In this document: in pieces, positions 39,342 through 52,699 of the stretch
Numbering within the stretch: the first letter of the stretch is position 1
How the letters are laid out: the number at the start of each line of letters is the position of its first letter
DNA from: Utricularia gibba
Taxonomy: Eukaryota; Plantae; Magnoliophyta
Reading direction: 5' to 3'
Assembly: GCA_002189035.1 (NCBI GenBank)
Contig: NEEC01000020.1
Location: 1,302,001-1,366,000 of the forward strand
Length of the DNA: 64,000 nt
Notes under the pieces: generated by a model
What the model was told of the DNA's origin: nothing
Seen by the model: the letters and a program-made list of their open reading frames with translations, nothing else
The model's database searches: none
Made by a program: the position numbers and the translations under genes

Positions 39342-41264
39342 TTACTTGTTCAGGGAGGCGTCGGCCACTCCCTGTTTAAACATTGTAATCACCCGAATTA
39401 AATCTAAAATTTTGTCACTCATCACCTCTAATATTTCTGGGCAGCAACAGTGTTTTTCTCCTTGGGTTGGAGTTGAGGTTGATGGAGCAGCAATGTCTTC
39501 TTTCTTTTTACTTGGGATAACTCTTCCTTCTAGTCCTGCCAAAGATCTAAAAACAAACCCACTTCCTTGGGCTTTGATTAGTCCAGCAACTTTTAATGAA
39601 TATGCATCCAGGGGTACTGTCTTAGTCTCAACATGGAAAAATTCAAGTTCAGACAGTTTTTCAAGACAAAGAGTATGAACCAGATGCATAACAATATGAC
39701 CAAAACTTAGTTGCTGAATTTTAGTACGCCTATAATCTCTATTCATTTGTTCAACAAGCATTGCACCTAAGTTCAAAGACCGCTTATTCATAATGCACCA
39801 CAACACAAATAATTGACATTTGTAAAGAGCATTAAATACAACTTTTTTTTTTCTAAAAAGAGTTGTAGTGACTAACATATGAACATAACACATGAGCGGA
39901 TCAACAAACAGTTCAGATTTCGTTCTCTTTGTCTTAAATTCAATGACATGTTGATTAGTCAAAATTCCATAAAATTCTTCAGCATTAAAGTTTACTGGAT
40001 AATCGAATAAAGAAGCAGCAAAATCATGCGAATCTACTTGCTATTTTGAGCAAAAACCAAGAGCTACATTCCACTCAGCTAAAGAACACGAGAATTCCGT
40101 GCCCATCAAACGAAAGGAAATAGCAGCAGGTTCCAAAAAAGTTTCTGGAATTTTGTAAGTGAAAGTCGAAGCAAATTCATATGATAGTTCCACATAAGTA
40201 GGAAGTTTTAATTCAAATAAAATCATAAAGGCAGAATTCTCAAACATTGTGTAAACCTTGTCCACTATGTTTAATTCAACAAGAATTTCGAAGTCAATGT
40301 GACGGCAGGGTAGTAACTTGGCACCTTTTACCTCTCCATACCTATCCACATGTTTTGCTGTTTCAAACTTCAGGTATTTTTCGTTTAACATGTCCGCATG
40401 GAGCTTGAAGTAAGGAATTCCCTTTCCGGTCATTTGTCGTTGAAATCGCTCCCTCTCCACTGCGAATTTCTCTGCATTCATGAACATAGGGACTAATTTT
40501 CGGAGAAATTTCTTTACATTCTCCATCCCTTCCTGCTCCTCTTTAGTTGTGCTCACGGCAGTTTCTTCAGGTTGAGTTCCCTTCTCTTTCTGACCTTGGA
40601 CTAGTGGCTTCACACCCTGTTCGTCCATTTCCTGTGCATGTCCCGTTTCGTTCTTGCCTCCAGGCTCCTTTTGATTCTTTTCCTCCAGAATTTTATTTTC
40701 AGCCTCAGGTTCTTCTTCTGCCCCTTCTTCATTTCTAGAAATTTCCGCATTTTCCTCCATGGTGTGCAGCACTTGTTTTTCGAGTGCAGCAGATTCTTTC
40801 TCCGGCATAGGTTCCTCTAGTGGAGCCTTCTGCTTTTTCGTTCTATGCTTTTTCCCCTTCTTCTTAGGTGAGACCTGCAGCTATGTTGATATTTCTTCCT
40901 CTGAAGCTTTTCTCTTCTTACAAGTCTATTGCATGTCCTTCAATCGCTGTTGGAGGCTGATATGTTCTAACTTGGAGGATGGATCCTTCCGTTTTTTCCG
41001 TTTAGAGGACTCCCCAACCTCCGCTGTCTGCGGGATCACTTCTGCTTCTCCGAGATTTTCTGTGGTGGCAGCAGCAGGCTGAACCACTTCTTCCTGGGTC
41101 GGAGCAATGGTGATGGTTGCTCCAACATCCCCTATTCCTTCCTTCGCTTGCTCCTTTCTCATCTTTTTCCGGCGAGACTTCTCCTTTGTGGCGTTCTTTG
41201 TGCTTCGTATCGCCAGCAACATGTTTCTACAGCTGTAATTTTCTTGCAGAAAAATCAAAAACAA
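39342..41264 (-). pseudogene. env-like/extra ORF region of the Athila-type element, split into three frames
   Basis: ORFs 40926-41264, 40041-40808 (Glu/Lys-rich, then LFELKLPTYVELSYEFASTF) and 39342-39962 lie between integrase and the 3' LTR, where Athila elements carry their env-like ORF. Confidence 0.7.
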
Positions 41265-41499
41265 ATGGGTGAAGTGAAGAATAGTAACTTTTCTTCCAAG
41301 TAATTTTAAGCATGAAGGGCATTTTTGTCATTTCCCTCTGGTACAACTTCCCACTAATCTCAACGGTCTGATTTTTGTAACTCCTCTTAACACTAAAAAT
41401 CATTTCCCAGCAGCACAAAATATAGATAAAAGTCCTAAAATAACAAGATTAAACTAATAATTAAAATGTTGAAATTAAAAACTTAACCATGGGTTGCCT

Positions 41500-43666
41500 C
41501 CCATAGGTGCCCTTGTTTATAGTTTTGGACTCGACTTCTCGTGTGGCTACGTTTTTGGAGCATCCATCAGCTTGATCATCTTCAGATTTCCTGTCAACAT
41601 GTTAGAATTTTCATAAAAAATTTTCAAGCGATGCCCATTTACCAAAAATCCTTTGTTCAAATCTCCATCAAATATCTCCACGGATCATTTGGAAAAATTT
41701 CTTTCACAACAAAAGGCCCTATCCATCTTGATTTAAGCTTCCCAGGATGCCCATTTAACAAAAATAATTGATTTCAGTCTGGATTGGAATAATAAAACTT
41801 TCTGGCCAATCTCGAAATTTCTCTTGGAAATATGTGCATCATGATAGCTCTTAGTCCGAGCTTTGAATAGTTTGAGCTCTCGTACGCATCATTTCTCAAC
41901 TCCTCCAATTTTGAAAGCTGGAGCTTCCTGTGACTTGCACTAAGGTTGTTGTCCAAGTTTAACTTCTTCATAGCCCACCAAGCTTTGTGCTCAATAGCTG
42001 CTGGTAATCCACAAGGCTTCTCATAGACCAACTAAAATGGTGAGGTCCCAATGGGAGTCTTGTATTCTGTTTGTATGGCCCAAAGTGCATCCTTTATTCT
42101 CATGCTCCAGTCCTTCCTGCTTGGGTTCACAACTTTCTCCAGAATTTGTTTGATTTCCCTATTTGAGACTTCAGTTTGTCCGTTGGTTTGTGAAATGCTT
42201 CAAAACACTCCTTAAGGCCTGATTATAAAAATGTGTTCCCCTATCACTGATTAGTGCCTTAGGAGTTCCATATCTCGTGAAGATGTTGTTGCGCAAGAAA
42301 TTAATCGCATTCTTTGCATCATCAGTCCATGTAGGGACTGCCTCAATCCATTTGGACACATAATCAACCGCAACCAAAATATAATTGTAACCTGCTGAAG
42401 TAGGAAATGGTCCAATAAAGTCTATACCCCATACATCAAATAACTCACATACCAGGATTCCTTGCTAAGGCATTTCATTTCTATTTGATAAATATCCTAC
42501 CCTTTGGCATGGTTCACAACCTTTGCAATAAGCGTAGCAATCTCTGAAGATGTGTGGCCAATAAAATCCGTAGCCTAGAATTTTTCTAGCTGCTCTATTT
42601 GATCCATGATGGCCATCAAAAGGTGCTGCATGACAAGAATCAAATATTTTTGGAATTTCATTTTCATGAACGCACCTTCAAATAACGCCATCATTGCATC
42701 TCTTCCATAAATATGGATCATCCCATATGTAGTATTTGGCATCATTCTTCAGCTTGTTCGTCGCTTGATAGTCCATTCCAAGTGGCATCACCCCTGTTGA
42801 AACAAAGTTTGCAAGATCAGCAAACCACGGTTCATGTATACTAGTTTGAACTGACAATAACTATTCATCCGGGAACGTTTCAGTGATGATTCCATCTCCT
42901 TCACTTCCTTCAATTCTGCTGAGATGATTAGCCACAAGGTTCTTCCTTCCAAGCCTATCCTTTATCCCAACATCAAACTCCTGGACGAGAAGGACCCATC
43001 TGATAAGTCTTGGTTTGGAGTCCTTCTTCTCCACCAAGTGCTTCACCGCCGAATGATCAGTGTATACCACCACTTTGCTACCTAAAAGATAAGATAAGAA
43101 CGAAATTTTTTCAAGGAAAAAATAACAGCAAGAAATTCCCTTTCAGTGATGGTATAATTTTTCTGGGCCTCATCCAAGGTTTTTGAAGCATAAGAGATAA
43201 CATAGTGCTTTCCTTCAATTTTCTGTCCCAAAACAGCACCCACAACATGATTACATGCACCACACATGATCTCAAAATCATATTTCGAATCAGGTGGTTG
43301 CATCACAGGTGCAGTAGTAACAGCCTTTTTCAAAGAATTAAAAGCTTGCTTACATGCATCATCAAAATTAAAGTCAACATCATTATGCAACAACCTACTA
43401 AGAGGTAAGGTAATTTTTGAAAATTTTTTAATAAACCTTCTATAAAAACCGACATGGCCTGAAAATGATCTAATACCTTTCACATCAATAGGATAAGAAA
43501 GCTCAGGCATAATCTCAATTTTAGCCTTATCTACCTCAATTCCTTTTTAGAAATCACATGTCCTAAAACAATCCCATGATCCACCATAAAATGACATTTT
43601 TCAGAATTTAAAACCAAGTTATTTTCCACACATTTCTTCAAAACCTAATCTAAATGGTCTAAGCAT
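41500..43666 (-). pseudogene. pol remnant: RT C-terminus, RNase H and integrase
   Basis: KGIRSFSGHVGFYRRFIKKFSKI; [25 protein letters not shown]; VYTDHSA; [12 protein letters not shown]; ISDRGTHF; several stops and frameshifts; the YxDD part of RT is absent. Confidence 0.9.
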
Positions 43667-44629
43667 GAATACTGGAGGAGAAGGAGAAAGAGGACGATTT
43701 TTCTGGAGAAGAACCTCCAGCATGAAGGAATGAGAGCAAGACCTAGTCCAGCGCCAATGTTCCAACATGTGAACAGTGGCAGACGGAATCTAGAACCCTT
43801 ATTGCTTTATTTATGTTTTTAGCTTCTGCAACCAACTTCTGCACGATGTTCTTAACATTTTCTCTGTTTTATGCTAATTTCATTACTGTTTACCTTTCAA
43901 ATATGAGTAGCTAGAACCTTAGGGATGTCTTAAGGTGAAGTATGGTGGTGTGTGCTTGGGGTTAATAATGAAATTTATGTTTGTTTCTTAGCTCTTATTT
44001 CTATCAATTCATGGTTAGACCTAAGGAGGGGAATAAGTGGCTTCACATCTTATATACTTGATTTTGAGGTAGATCAACAAATCAAGAAAAGAGCAGTAGG
44101 TGTTAGTCCGGGGTAGAATCAATAGAACCGGGTAGACCTTGTTCTATATGTTTTGCATATGGGTAGAGCTAATTACAATGTTGGTTATAATATTGGGGAC
44201 TATCTTAGCCAAAAATATGATGAATGACCTGAGTAGACTTAGATTATTTGATGTTGTGAGTGTAGGAACATAATAAATTAAATTAGGCATCTTAGCATAA
44301 CACCATCTGCAGATTCTTAAAGCATCTTTGTATTATTCTGAGTTAGAACCACTACTTGTTACCTTTAGCTTTGAGACCTAATATTGTTCACTGATCTTAT
44401 TTACTGAACTTGTTTATCACTGTTGGTCCGAACTTAGACTAAGACTCATTGTTATATCGAATTATGCATTTACTAAAACACTTAGCAAGTACAAGCTTTT
44501 CGTAATCGACCCTGACATCCACTATACAAGTTTTCTAAATTTGTATTTTGTGTAGATTAGGGACTATAAATTTATTTGATACGGAAATTTGCTTTTATTG
44601 CAATGATATACTAAAATTTCCGTTTATCA
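43667..44629 (+). repeat. Inverted 3' portion of the 5' LTR
   Basis: Reverse complement of ~37081-38045; ends TTATCA immediately before the PBS. Confidence 0.88.
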
Positions 44630-44632
44630 AAT

Positions 44633-44650
44633 TGGCGCTGTTGCCGAGGA
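44633..44650 (+). other. Primer-binding site
   Basis: TGGCGCTGTTGCCGAGGA 3 nt after the LTR end, matching the TGGCGCCGTTGCC type of Athila-like elements. Confidence 0.8.
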
Positions 44651-44678
44651 GCGGTGTTTAATTAATCTGTATTTTTAG

Positions 44679-46720
44679 TTGATGCATTTACGTTCTTCTG
44701 GTGCAGGTAATCTCACTTTCTTCCCAGAAATAGAGAGAACTATCAGCAAGAACAAGGTGAGAGTTAGGGAAGTGAGCATATCAAGGCAGCTCCCACCCGA
44801 GACTAACAGCAATTTCAGAATGGCTGAGCCTGAGAAGACCTTGAACGAAGTTGATACTGCTGATCATACTTACAGGGGTCTACGCATCAGATTTCCAGAG
44901 GATGGAGCAAATGAGCTGAAACTGGCGATGATAAAATTTTTTGCCCAAGTTCTATGGGAAAATTGGAGAGAACTCCCATGAGCATCTAGACAATGTAACA
45001 GCAGTATGCACATCATTCAAGGGAGCTGGAATGACTGAAGATTCCATTTGTTTGAGAGCCTTCCAGTTTACTTTGGAAGGAGGAGCCAAAACATGGTTCA
45101 ACTCACTAAGGCTTGGAAGCATAACGGATTAGGTTGGAATGAAGAAGGTGTTTTTGAGCAAATATTTTCCAGCTTCCAAGGCTGAAGGAATTAGAAAAGA
45201 AATTAATGATATTGAACAAATGAGTGGAGAATCATTGCACGAATATTGTGAGAGATTTAATCATCTTTTGGGTTCCTGCCCACACCATGGTTTTCAGACC
45301 AATGCTTTGGTCAAATACTTCTATGATGGATTGTTATGCACTGACCGGGCCATGGTAGATTTAGTAGCGGGAGGATTTTTAAGGAAAAAGACATCAACTG
45401 AAGTTCTTTCCTTGCTTGAGGAGCTAGCTGAGCATTCGAGACATATTATTAGGAAGAAAATCTCAAACAAGAGGGTGTATGAAGTGGAGAGCAAGCCCAG
45501 GATTTCAGAGACTGAATTCACGAAAAATGTTGTTGCTACGTCAGAAATGATGAAAGAGTTGTTCTTATTCTAGGCTAAGAACATGCTGTGCGGGAACTGT
45601 CATAGAATAGAGCATGTTGTGGATAAGTGCCCTGATTTATTTGAAGATGAGCATGTCAAAGCTATGGGATATTTGGAGCCCTGACAGACGAAGAAATATG
45701 ATCCATATTCAAATACTTACAACCCAGGCTGGAGGGATCATCTAAATTTTTGTTGGAGCAACAACGAAAATTCTTACAAAGGGGAGAACTCAACCATGGG
45801 GCAGCAAAATTTTCAAGAGCAAAGATCTTATCAAGCACCTCCATTTTGAAGGCAAAATCAACAGAACTAGCAGCCATTTCAAGCCTCAAATCAAGGAAAT
45901 GCTGAAGTAAATTCTGGAAATTCATTGGAAGAAATGTTGAAGACATTCATGGCGCAATCAATTAAGAACAAGCTGAAAATCAACAATCAATCCGGAATTT
46001 GGAGGTCCAAGTGAGTCAATTCGCAGCAGATCTTGGAGACCTAAAACAGAAAGGGAGTTTACCATCTCAAGCCAAGTCAAATCCAAATTCCAGTGGAGGG
46101 CCGAACATCAGCGCCATAATACTTAGAAGTGGAAAAGAGAAGCCTGGATGAGAACTAGTCTAGACTGAAACTAAGGAGAACGAGACAGAGGAGTACGAAA
46201 TTGTTGTGCAAAGTGAGGATGAAGTTGAGGTACTTCTAGAACCTGTCACAATGAAGGTGACCCAGCCTTCTTTTCCAGGAAGGCTGAAGCTGAAAGAAGA
46301 GGAAAACGAGATAGAGAAAATGTTGAAAGCATTGGGAAACACTCAATTGAATTTTACTCTTTTGGAGTATATTGATCTTGTGCCCAAGAGTGTTAAATAT
46401 TTGAAGCAGCTATGTATGTCAAAACCCAAGCTAAAAGAGAAGGGCAAGGTGAAATTGAGTGAAAGCTACTTAGCACTTTTAACATGAAAATTACCCGAGA
46501 AGCGTAAGAATCTGAGTACATTTTTTATCCCATGCAAAATAGGAGATTTGTGCACTAGGAGAGCTATGGCATACCTGAGAGCTTCTATAAATGTCATGTC
46601 GAATTCTAATTATGAGACACTCAGGTTGGGACCTTTGCAAGCATCGGGTGTACAAATTGAGCTAGCGGATAGGAGAGTAATTTCTCCCAAAGGCTTGGTT
46701 GAAGATGTTTTAGTGACGCC
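44679..46720 (+). pseudogene. gag and aspartic-protease remnant on the strand opposite to the rest of pol
   Basis: LRAFQFTLEGGAKTWFNSL; FLSKYFPASKAEGIRKEI; QMSGESLHEYCERF; LRASINVMSNS...IELADR...PKGLVEDVLV; ends abruptly at an LTR fragment. Confidence 0.88.
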
Positions 46721-47254
46721 GGAACATTGGCGCTGGGCTTGGTCTTGATCTCTTTTCTTCATGCTGGAGGTTCTTCTCAAGAAAAATCGCTCTCTTTCTC
46801 CTTCTCCTCCAGTATTCTTCGTGTTCGAGTTGGGGGAGAAACCCCCTCGTGTGTGTTCTAAAAATTCTAGGTGTTCTCTTTTTCTTTGTGACTCTCTCTC
46901 CTCCTCATCTTTCTTTGGCCTTCCATTGCCCAAGGCAAGTACATTCTCTAACAAATCTGCTGCTCCTGGCCCTGACATGGAGACTGCCACCGTGACAATG
47001 TATTCATTGCCCCTTATAGCCTAGTGACTTACACGAAATCCAGATTTCTTCCTTGACTTTCGGGTTGCTGCTAGACTCCAAAATCGGGTTAGACATGGAG
47101 TGGGCTAAATCAAAGGATTTCTCTCACTAATACACCAAAAATAATATTTTCCCAATCAAATACAAATACTTGAAATTATAAAATTAACACTTAAACATAA
47201 TTGAAAATTTATGATTTTTCATATCCTAAAACATGAAAAATTTGTGTGTTATCA
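46721..47254 (-). repeat. 5' (U3) portion of the 5' LTR, left in its original orientation
   Basis: Direct match to ~37949-38485, ending TTTGTGTGTTATCA. Confidence 0.88.
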
Positions 47255-47334
47255 CTATGACAATTTCACACACAACTTCAGGATGATACTAACACTCGAT
47301 TTGGTGGAATCTCTTGCAATATTTGCATGGATCT

Positions 47335-48770
47335 TGTTAAGTGTCATTTTCTAATTATTATTTAGGTATTATTATGTATTAATTAAGTGTTAAGTCATCC
47401 AATTAGGAGTCTTATTATTAAGTATTTGATTTTTACTAGAAAATTCCTATTTTCCCATTTTGTGTATATTTTATGCTTTTTTTCTCACACTTTGACCGAG
47501 GCATGCTAGGAGACTATCAGGAGTGTTGCAGGAGTATTGCAGAAGTATTGCAGGTGGTCAGACCTGAGTTTTCGTGCCTTGTACGCGAGTGGGAACGATT
47601 GTGGGCAGAAGACTGACACTGGTCAAGGCCCATGACTTACGGCATGTCAGAGTTTGCAGCAATGATTGGGCGCAAACTTGCACGCAAAGAAAGTCTACTG
47701 GCACACACAAGACATAAGGAATGATGCGAAGGGGACCCAAAGGAGTTAATGCACGTGGGAAGTCATATAAAAGTCACTTGAAGCACCTAGTTTTGGACTT
47801 TTGAACATTTTCTCTTGTACTTAGACTTTGGAGTTCTTCCTCCCTTCAAGGAGGAAGAATACTTAGTTCCTTTTCGTTTCTGTTTTCTATGGCCCTTTTG
47901 GGTTAAAACCTTTAGTTTCTGGGGAGTAGATAAAGTTTACTTCTAAGTCCTAAGCAATACACTTGGTTCTTTGCTGAATTGATTTCGGATTCGGCATACT
48001 TCCACGCGCCTTGTTGCAGTCTTTCTGTAATGACTCTTAGTCAAGGTCCATGAGTAGCAGGCCACTTCTCGCGGATTTTGGTGAAGATCAAGGTGAAGAG
48101 CACTAACTCCAACCCTGCCGCTTCGAGGGAAGTAGCAGATTGTTTGTGGCTTAGGTACCGCGACAATGGACAGGTTGTGACCTCGGACCTGCCACTGGCC
48201 ATTGACAACAGCTGGGCACACGCGCACAATTCGGTTTTGAAGGCAATCCTCTTGTCTTCCATGGAGTGATGTTGAGATAAACAATGGAGTGCTAGAATGG
48301 TATATTTCTCTATCTTTGTTTACAATAGTGGTATTGTAAGTGTTTTGTAAAGCCATTCATAACTATTTTGGAGTTTCACAGCTTAGAAACTTTTAATAGG
48401 TTTCAACATTTCTAACTCCATTGAGAGTACAGATAGCAATGATTCTAGTTATGCATATCGTACCTAGTCTTCTATGAGTTTTTGACTCTATGTTGCAATT
48501 GCTATCAAAACTGATGGAATGTTGCACCTAGTGAAGACCTCCCAGACATTGATATCTATATGATAGTTCTTCATCATTCTTTCCCAGGTTGCATAATGTG
48601 TGTCATCAACTTAGGTGAAGGGGCAATTCCCATTGCCATGTTTTGAAGATATCCACTCTTGACACCAAAATGAGAACCCTAAGCATTGAATATAAACGCT
48701 GAGATTGACACAGAAGAATTATTTTGTGAAGAAGAAATCCTTTAATTTTTGTATTACAATACTGAGTATC
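47335..48770 (+). mobile_element. Probable LTR of a second Ty3/gypsy family
   Basis: Starts TGTTAAG, has TTGCAG mini-repeats (47526-47552) and an LTR-like layout. No TSD or right terminus confirmed. Confidence 0.4.
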
Positions 48771-49399
48771 ACACACATTACGTTTTGCAAGTCTTTTTCA
48801 AAACCTAGCATTAAGGACGTTATGACAAGATACGAGAGGAATAGAGAAAAACTACATTTTTATAGTAAATTTCCAACTAAAAGTTATAAGAAAACAAATT
48901 TCCAAATTTTTTAGTAGATTTGTTGTCTTTGTTGGAAGCTTGTCTTTTGGGTTTATTGCTACATGGGCCTCTTTAGGCCTTGCCATTATTTTGTTTGAAT
49001 TTGGCCTACCTCTTCTTTTGTTTTCTTGGAATAGGTCAGAGCTCATATCTCATTTCATTATCTTCATGTAGCACAACATCTTTGTTCAAGGATGAAATCT
49101 TTTCTCAATTTGCAGGAGGAATAAGGTGAAGATTAATCAAATCATCACTTCTTATTATCATCAATGAATTCATCATTATTAGAATCAGATAATATGAATT
49201 CCGCCTCATCTTCATCAATAATACCTTTGTATTCTTCTAGAATTTTGTTCTACTTCATTCTGGTTAATCTCATCAAAGTCCTTCTCATCTCAAAATTTGA
49301 AACATGACCTACCTTTTTTTTTTGTCCTGTAAATTTATATGAATTATAAACTCTAGTAGACAACCTTGTAATATGGCTTGATTCATCAGCATCACTTGT

Positions 49400-50350
49400 T
49401 TATTTTGTTCTTCTCATCATTGAATATTGAGATATTCTGCTCATCTCTATCATCCATAATTTCTATTGTCCATTCGCTATTTTCTGTGTCATCAACTTCT
49501 GGCATTCTAACCGGGTCAATCTTATCACATTGTCCGAATTAACATTTCAGTGCTCTATTGATTTTTACATAGACAAGTTTACTCAATCTTTGATGCTCCA
49601 AATGGTTCCTTCTTTTAGAGTGAACTTACAAAATAAGAAACAATAATAAAAATAAATGAAACATTTACATCAATATAATAAAATCTTCTACTCCACTTGC
49701 ATATATATATCTATTTCATTTGAATTCACTTCTTGAACTTGAATGACAGGCATTCATTTTTCTAATGTGATATGTCATCCATTCATGACCTCCTCATGTT
49801 GTATATCAGGTTTAGAATAGAAGAATAAAGGATTTAAAAACTGCCCACAAGTAGATGTCTATAAAGTTGAACTTCCCAACCAAGATCAATAATTTCAAAA
49901 ATCTCATTGTACTTATATCCTTTGTATTGAAAAGAAGTAGCAATTTGCTCCTCTCACGACCCATCCGCTTGAAGCATCCAATGACTTCATAGAAATAGTT
50001 TTTTGTGGAGTATTCAGCAAAAAAATTGTCAATGATCATCGTCTTCCATCATTCCAACTATTAGCCATCAAACTATATGCATATTTTTTCTTTTGTATTC
50101 TCCACTTCCTTGTTAGAGCATGTAACTCATTCATACCTCATGAAATGATGGGGGATTCATATTTTCCCATAATTTCCAATAGCATGTACGATAGGTGCAA
50201 AGCTATTATATTGTATAGTATTAAAAGAAATTTCAGCATCATACACCCATGGACAAAAGGCTTGCATTGCCACATATCTTTTTTTGTTTTTTATAAACAT
50301 TAATTTCACTTCCATATCTCTTCTTTTTTGACACATTTGATACTATGCAT
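49400..50350 (-). pseudogene. hAT transposase remnant (DUF659-type), internally deleted
   Basis: Minus-strand fragments VHAIGNYGK, LMANSWND and HSKRRNHLEHQRLSKLVYVK (hAT C-terminal motif). Confidence 0.7.
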
Positions 50351-52298
50351 TCATTTTCAACATCTTCAACTCACCAAAACACCAATCTATGGAATGTTGT
50401 AGTAGGAAAAATCACATCTACAATTAGTCTAATTCTTGGGGTGTGTTCTTGCAAACCAAAAAGAAAAAACACAAGGACTTGTGAAATGGAAAGTGAGAAA
50501 TTCGAGGGTGCTTCTATTCATGGTATAGAGTAAAATTTGCTAATGATAAAAAAGAGAGTTGGTGAATACAATGTAACTGGTGGCTGTAGTGGATTTTGAC
50601 CATAGGTTGCAAGAGGAAAATGTGGTTGTAGAGGATCTTTGAGAGTCGTGTCAAACTCATGAAGAAGCTTGATCCAATAATACACCTGAACAAGAATAGC
50701 AACTAGATGACTACGATTTCTATAGAAATTGGTGGATTAATTTTGTATATGTCACTCTACTAGAATACGTGAAGAAAAATGTTGGAAAACCATTAGGTAA
50801 AAATATTTTATTAGTATGCTTCTTTTGATTTCATAATTTCATTAATATTTTTCATTCACAAATTATTGTATCTTATGGTATCCATCTCTTAAATGAAGAT
50901 TACAAAGAATGTCACAATGTATTTATTGGCAGCAATGAAAAACATCCGATGAATAGATGTTAGAACCACCAACTATAACCATCAACGACTCAATTCGTTT
51001 ATGATGTGGTACTTCTACAGAGACTATGATTTTATGAATTTCTAAAAAAATTCAATGAAAAAATTAAGGATTTATTATTTCTTATATTAGGAAAATCCAA
51101 GAATTTAAATATGCTTTTAAATAAAGAATGAAAAAATTAATAATAACTTTAAATTAAATTAAATTATTTCAACAGGATAAAAATTAAAAAAATAATTTGT
51201 TTCTTTAAATTTGTTCTTTAAAAGCATATTTTTCAAATAATCGTTTTCTATGCTGTTTTCCAAAGAATTCATTCTTTTTCAAAATATTTCGTTCTTCTCC
51301 AAACAATTTTTTAAAAATAGATAGTTATGATATTTTTTATTAAAATACAGAAGTAGGACAACATTTTTTTGATCATTTTTTGTAGATATTGTACAACAAT
51401 TTACATAAATATAAACGTTTTATTATTCTTGTTGTATTTTTTATTTTTATACATTGCTTTTTTTACTTAAATTCATATTTGTTGATTAATCATAATTATT
51501 ATTTAAAGAAATATTCAAAGGAGTTGATTTTTTAAGTTTTGTATTTTTAGAATGATTATTGTTCAAATAAAAAACTTGTTGTTTTGCGATGGTTCTACCG
51601 ATCGATCGTCTAACTGATGCCCCCATCGTCCCACCGATGCTCGGCTGCTTTCTCTGGCTACTTGGCCGCTTTCGCCATTACCCCGGGTTTACCGTACACT
51701 GCCCACTCCCACCCATACGCCCACGTGCCTGTCTTTGCAACTGCCTCCAATGCCCATCCTCCCTCCTCTCTGAATTGATTATAGTACAGAACCTCGATTG
51801 CTTGTGAGTGGTAAGATTGTGTGTTTTTCATAAATATACTGTTGTAAACCAAACACAAAAAACGACATGGAGATCGAAAAACTCAGGTACATGTACACGC
51901 TGTAACTTGGTACATGAGGCTCACCTTATTTTCAATCCTATCAAAGTTAATAATTTGATGTATATATAAATTAGATGAAAATAACTTAAATTAGCAATGT
52001 GGTATCTCTACTTCTTGTTCAATACAACAATTTCCAATATATATGGTGTGCGTTCACCCACAACCGATCCATGGGATTCAACTCAGCCGAGCAAATATTA
52101 AAAAAAAAAGACAATCTTTGCAATCTGGGTTTCAATTTGAAGCGAAAGCAGTATATTCATCTGGAAAATTGAAACTTGATCTCACTCATAAATTGTATGC
52201 TTTAACTCATCATTGTGATGAGATAATCTATCTCTCTAATAAAATTTACAAGAGCTATCGATGATTTTCCTAAGCCCCTAGCAGCATGTGCATATGGA

Positions 52299-52562
52299 CT
52301 ACAATTGGGACGTCACTTCCAGAAAGAAATTGTGACTGCAAGGAATGGTGATGCCACCCATTGGATGGCTGAATCCGTACTCTTCTTCCAACGGCTGCAA
52401 TAACAACTCTTGGAACAAAGGCTCATTCAAGTAGGAGATCGGGATCACGAATCGCTTCTTTTCGTTCTCCCCAACGTACACTGCGAGATGCCCTTTGGGG
52501 ACTTCAGATGGGGATTTCCTTTCACCAGACAATGTTCTTCGAAGCACTTGACCGATCGCCAT
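52299..52562 (-). CDS. SAUR: SAUR family protein, cluster copy 1, 87 aa
   Basis: [34 protein letters not shown]...[17 protein letters not shown]. Start assigned to the ATG shared by all four copies. Confidence 0.9.
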   Translation of the reverse strand: MAIGQVLRRTLSGERKSPSEVPKGHLAVYVGENEKKRFVIPISYLNEPLFQELLLQPLEEEYGFSHPMGGITIPCSHNFFLEVTSQL

Positions 52563-52699
52563 ACAATCAGAGAAAATGCAGTGTGCAAGAAGATCACAAG
52601 AAAGAGTTATTGCTGGTGATGTGCAAATGGGCTGTATGTGGCAAATTATACAGATGTTGGAGGAGGCAGTGGCCATGTGGAGTTAATTGCTTATGATGG

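Larger units (their letters stand above)
37081..47254 (-). mobile_element. Athila-type Ty3/gypsy LTR retrotransposon with env-like region, internally inverted and defective
   Basis: TGATAA...TTATCA termini, near-TSD CTATT/CTATG, Athila-type PBS TGGCGC(T)GTTGCC, and gag, protease, RT-end, RNase H, integrase and env-like ORF fragments. Confidence 0.9.

Noticed and set aside
48050-48105. RPLLADFG, resembling a kinase DFG motif
   Set aside because: A stop follows within 7 codons and no other kinase subdomain is nearby; likely chance within an LTR-like region.
52563-52676. In-frame N-terminal extensions of SAUR copy 1 (125 aa) and copy 3 (111 aa), and apparent uORFs from the upstream ATGGCCACT
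   Set aside because: The frame of this ATG differs among the four copies, and it lies upstream of the TATA-like box, so it is probably not transcribed.
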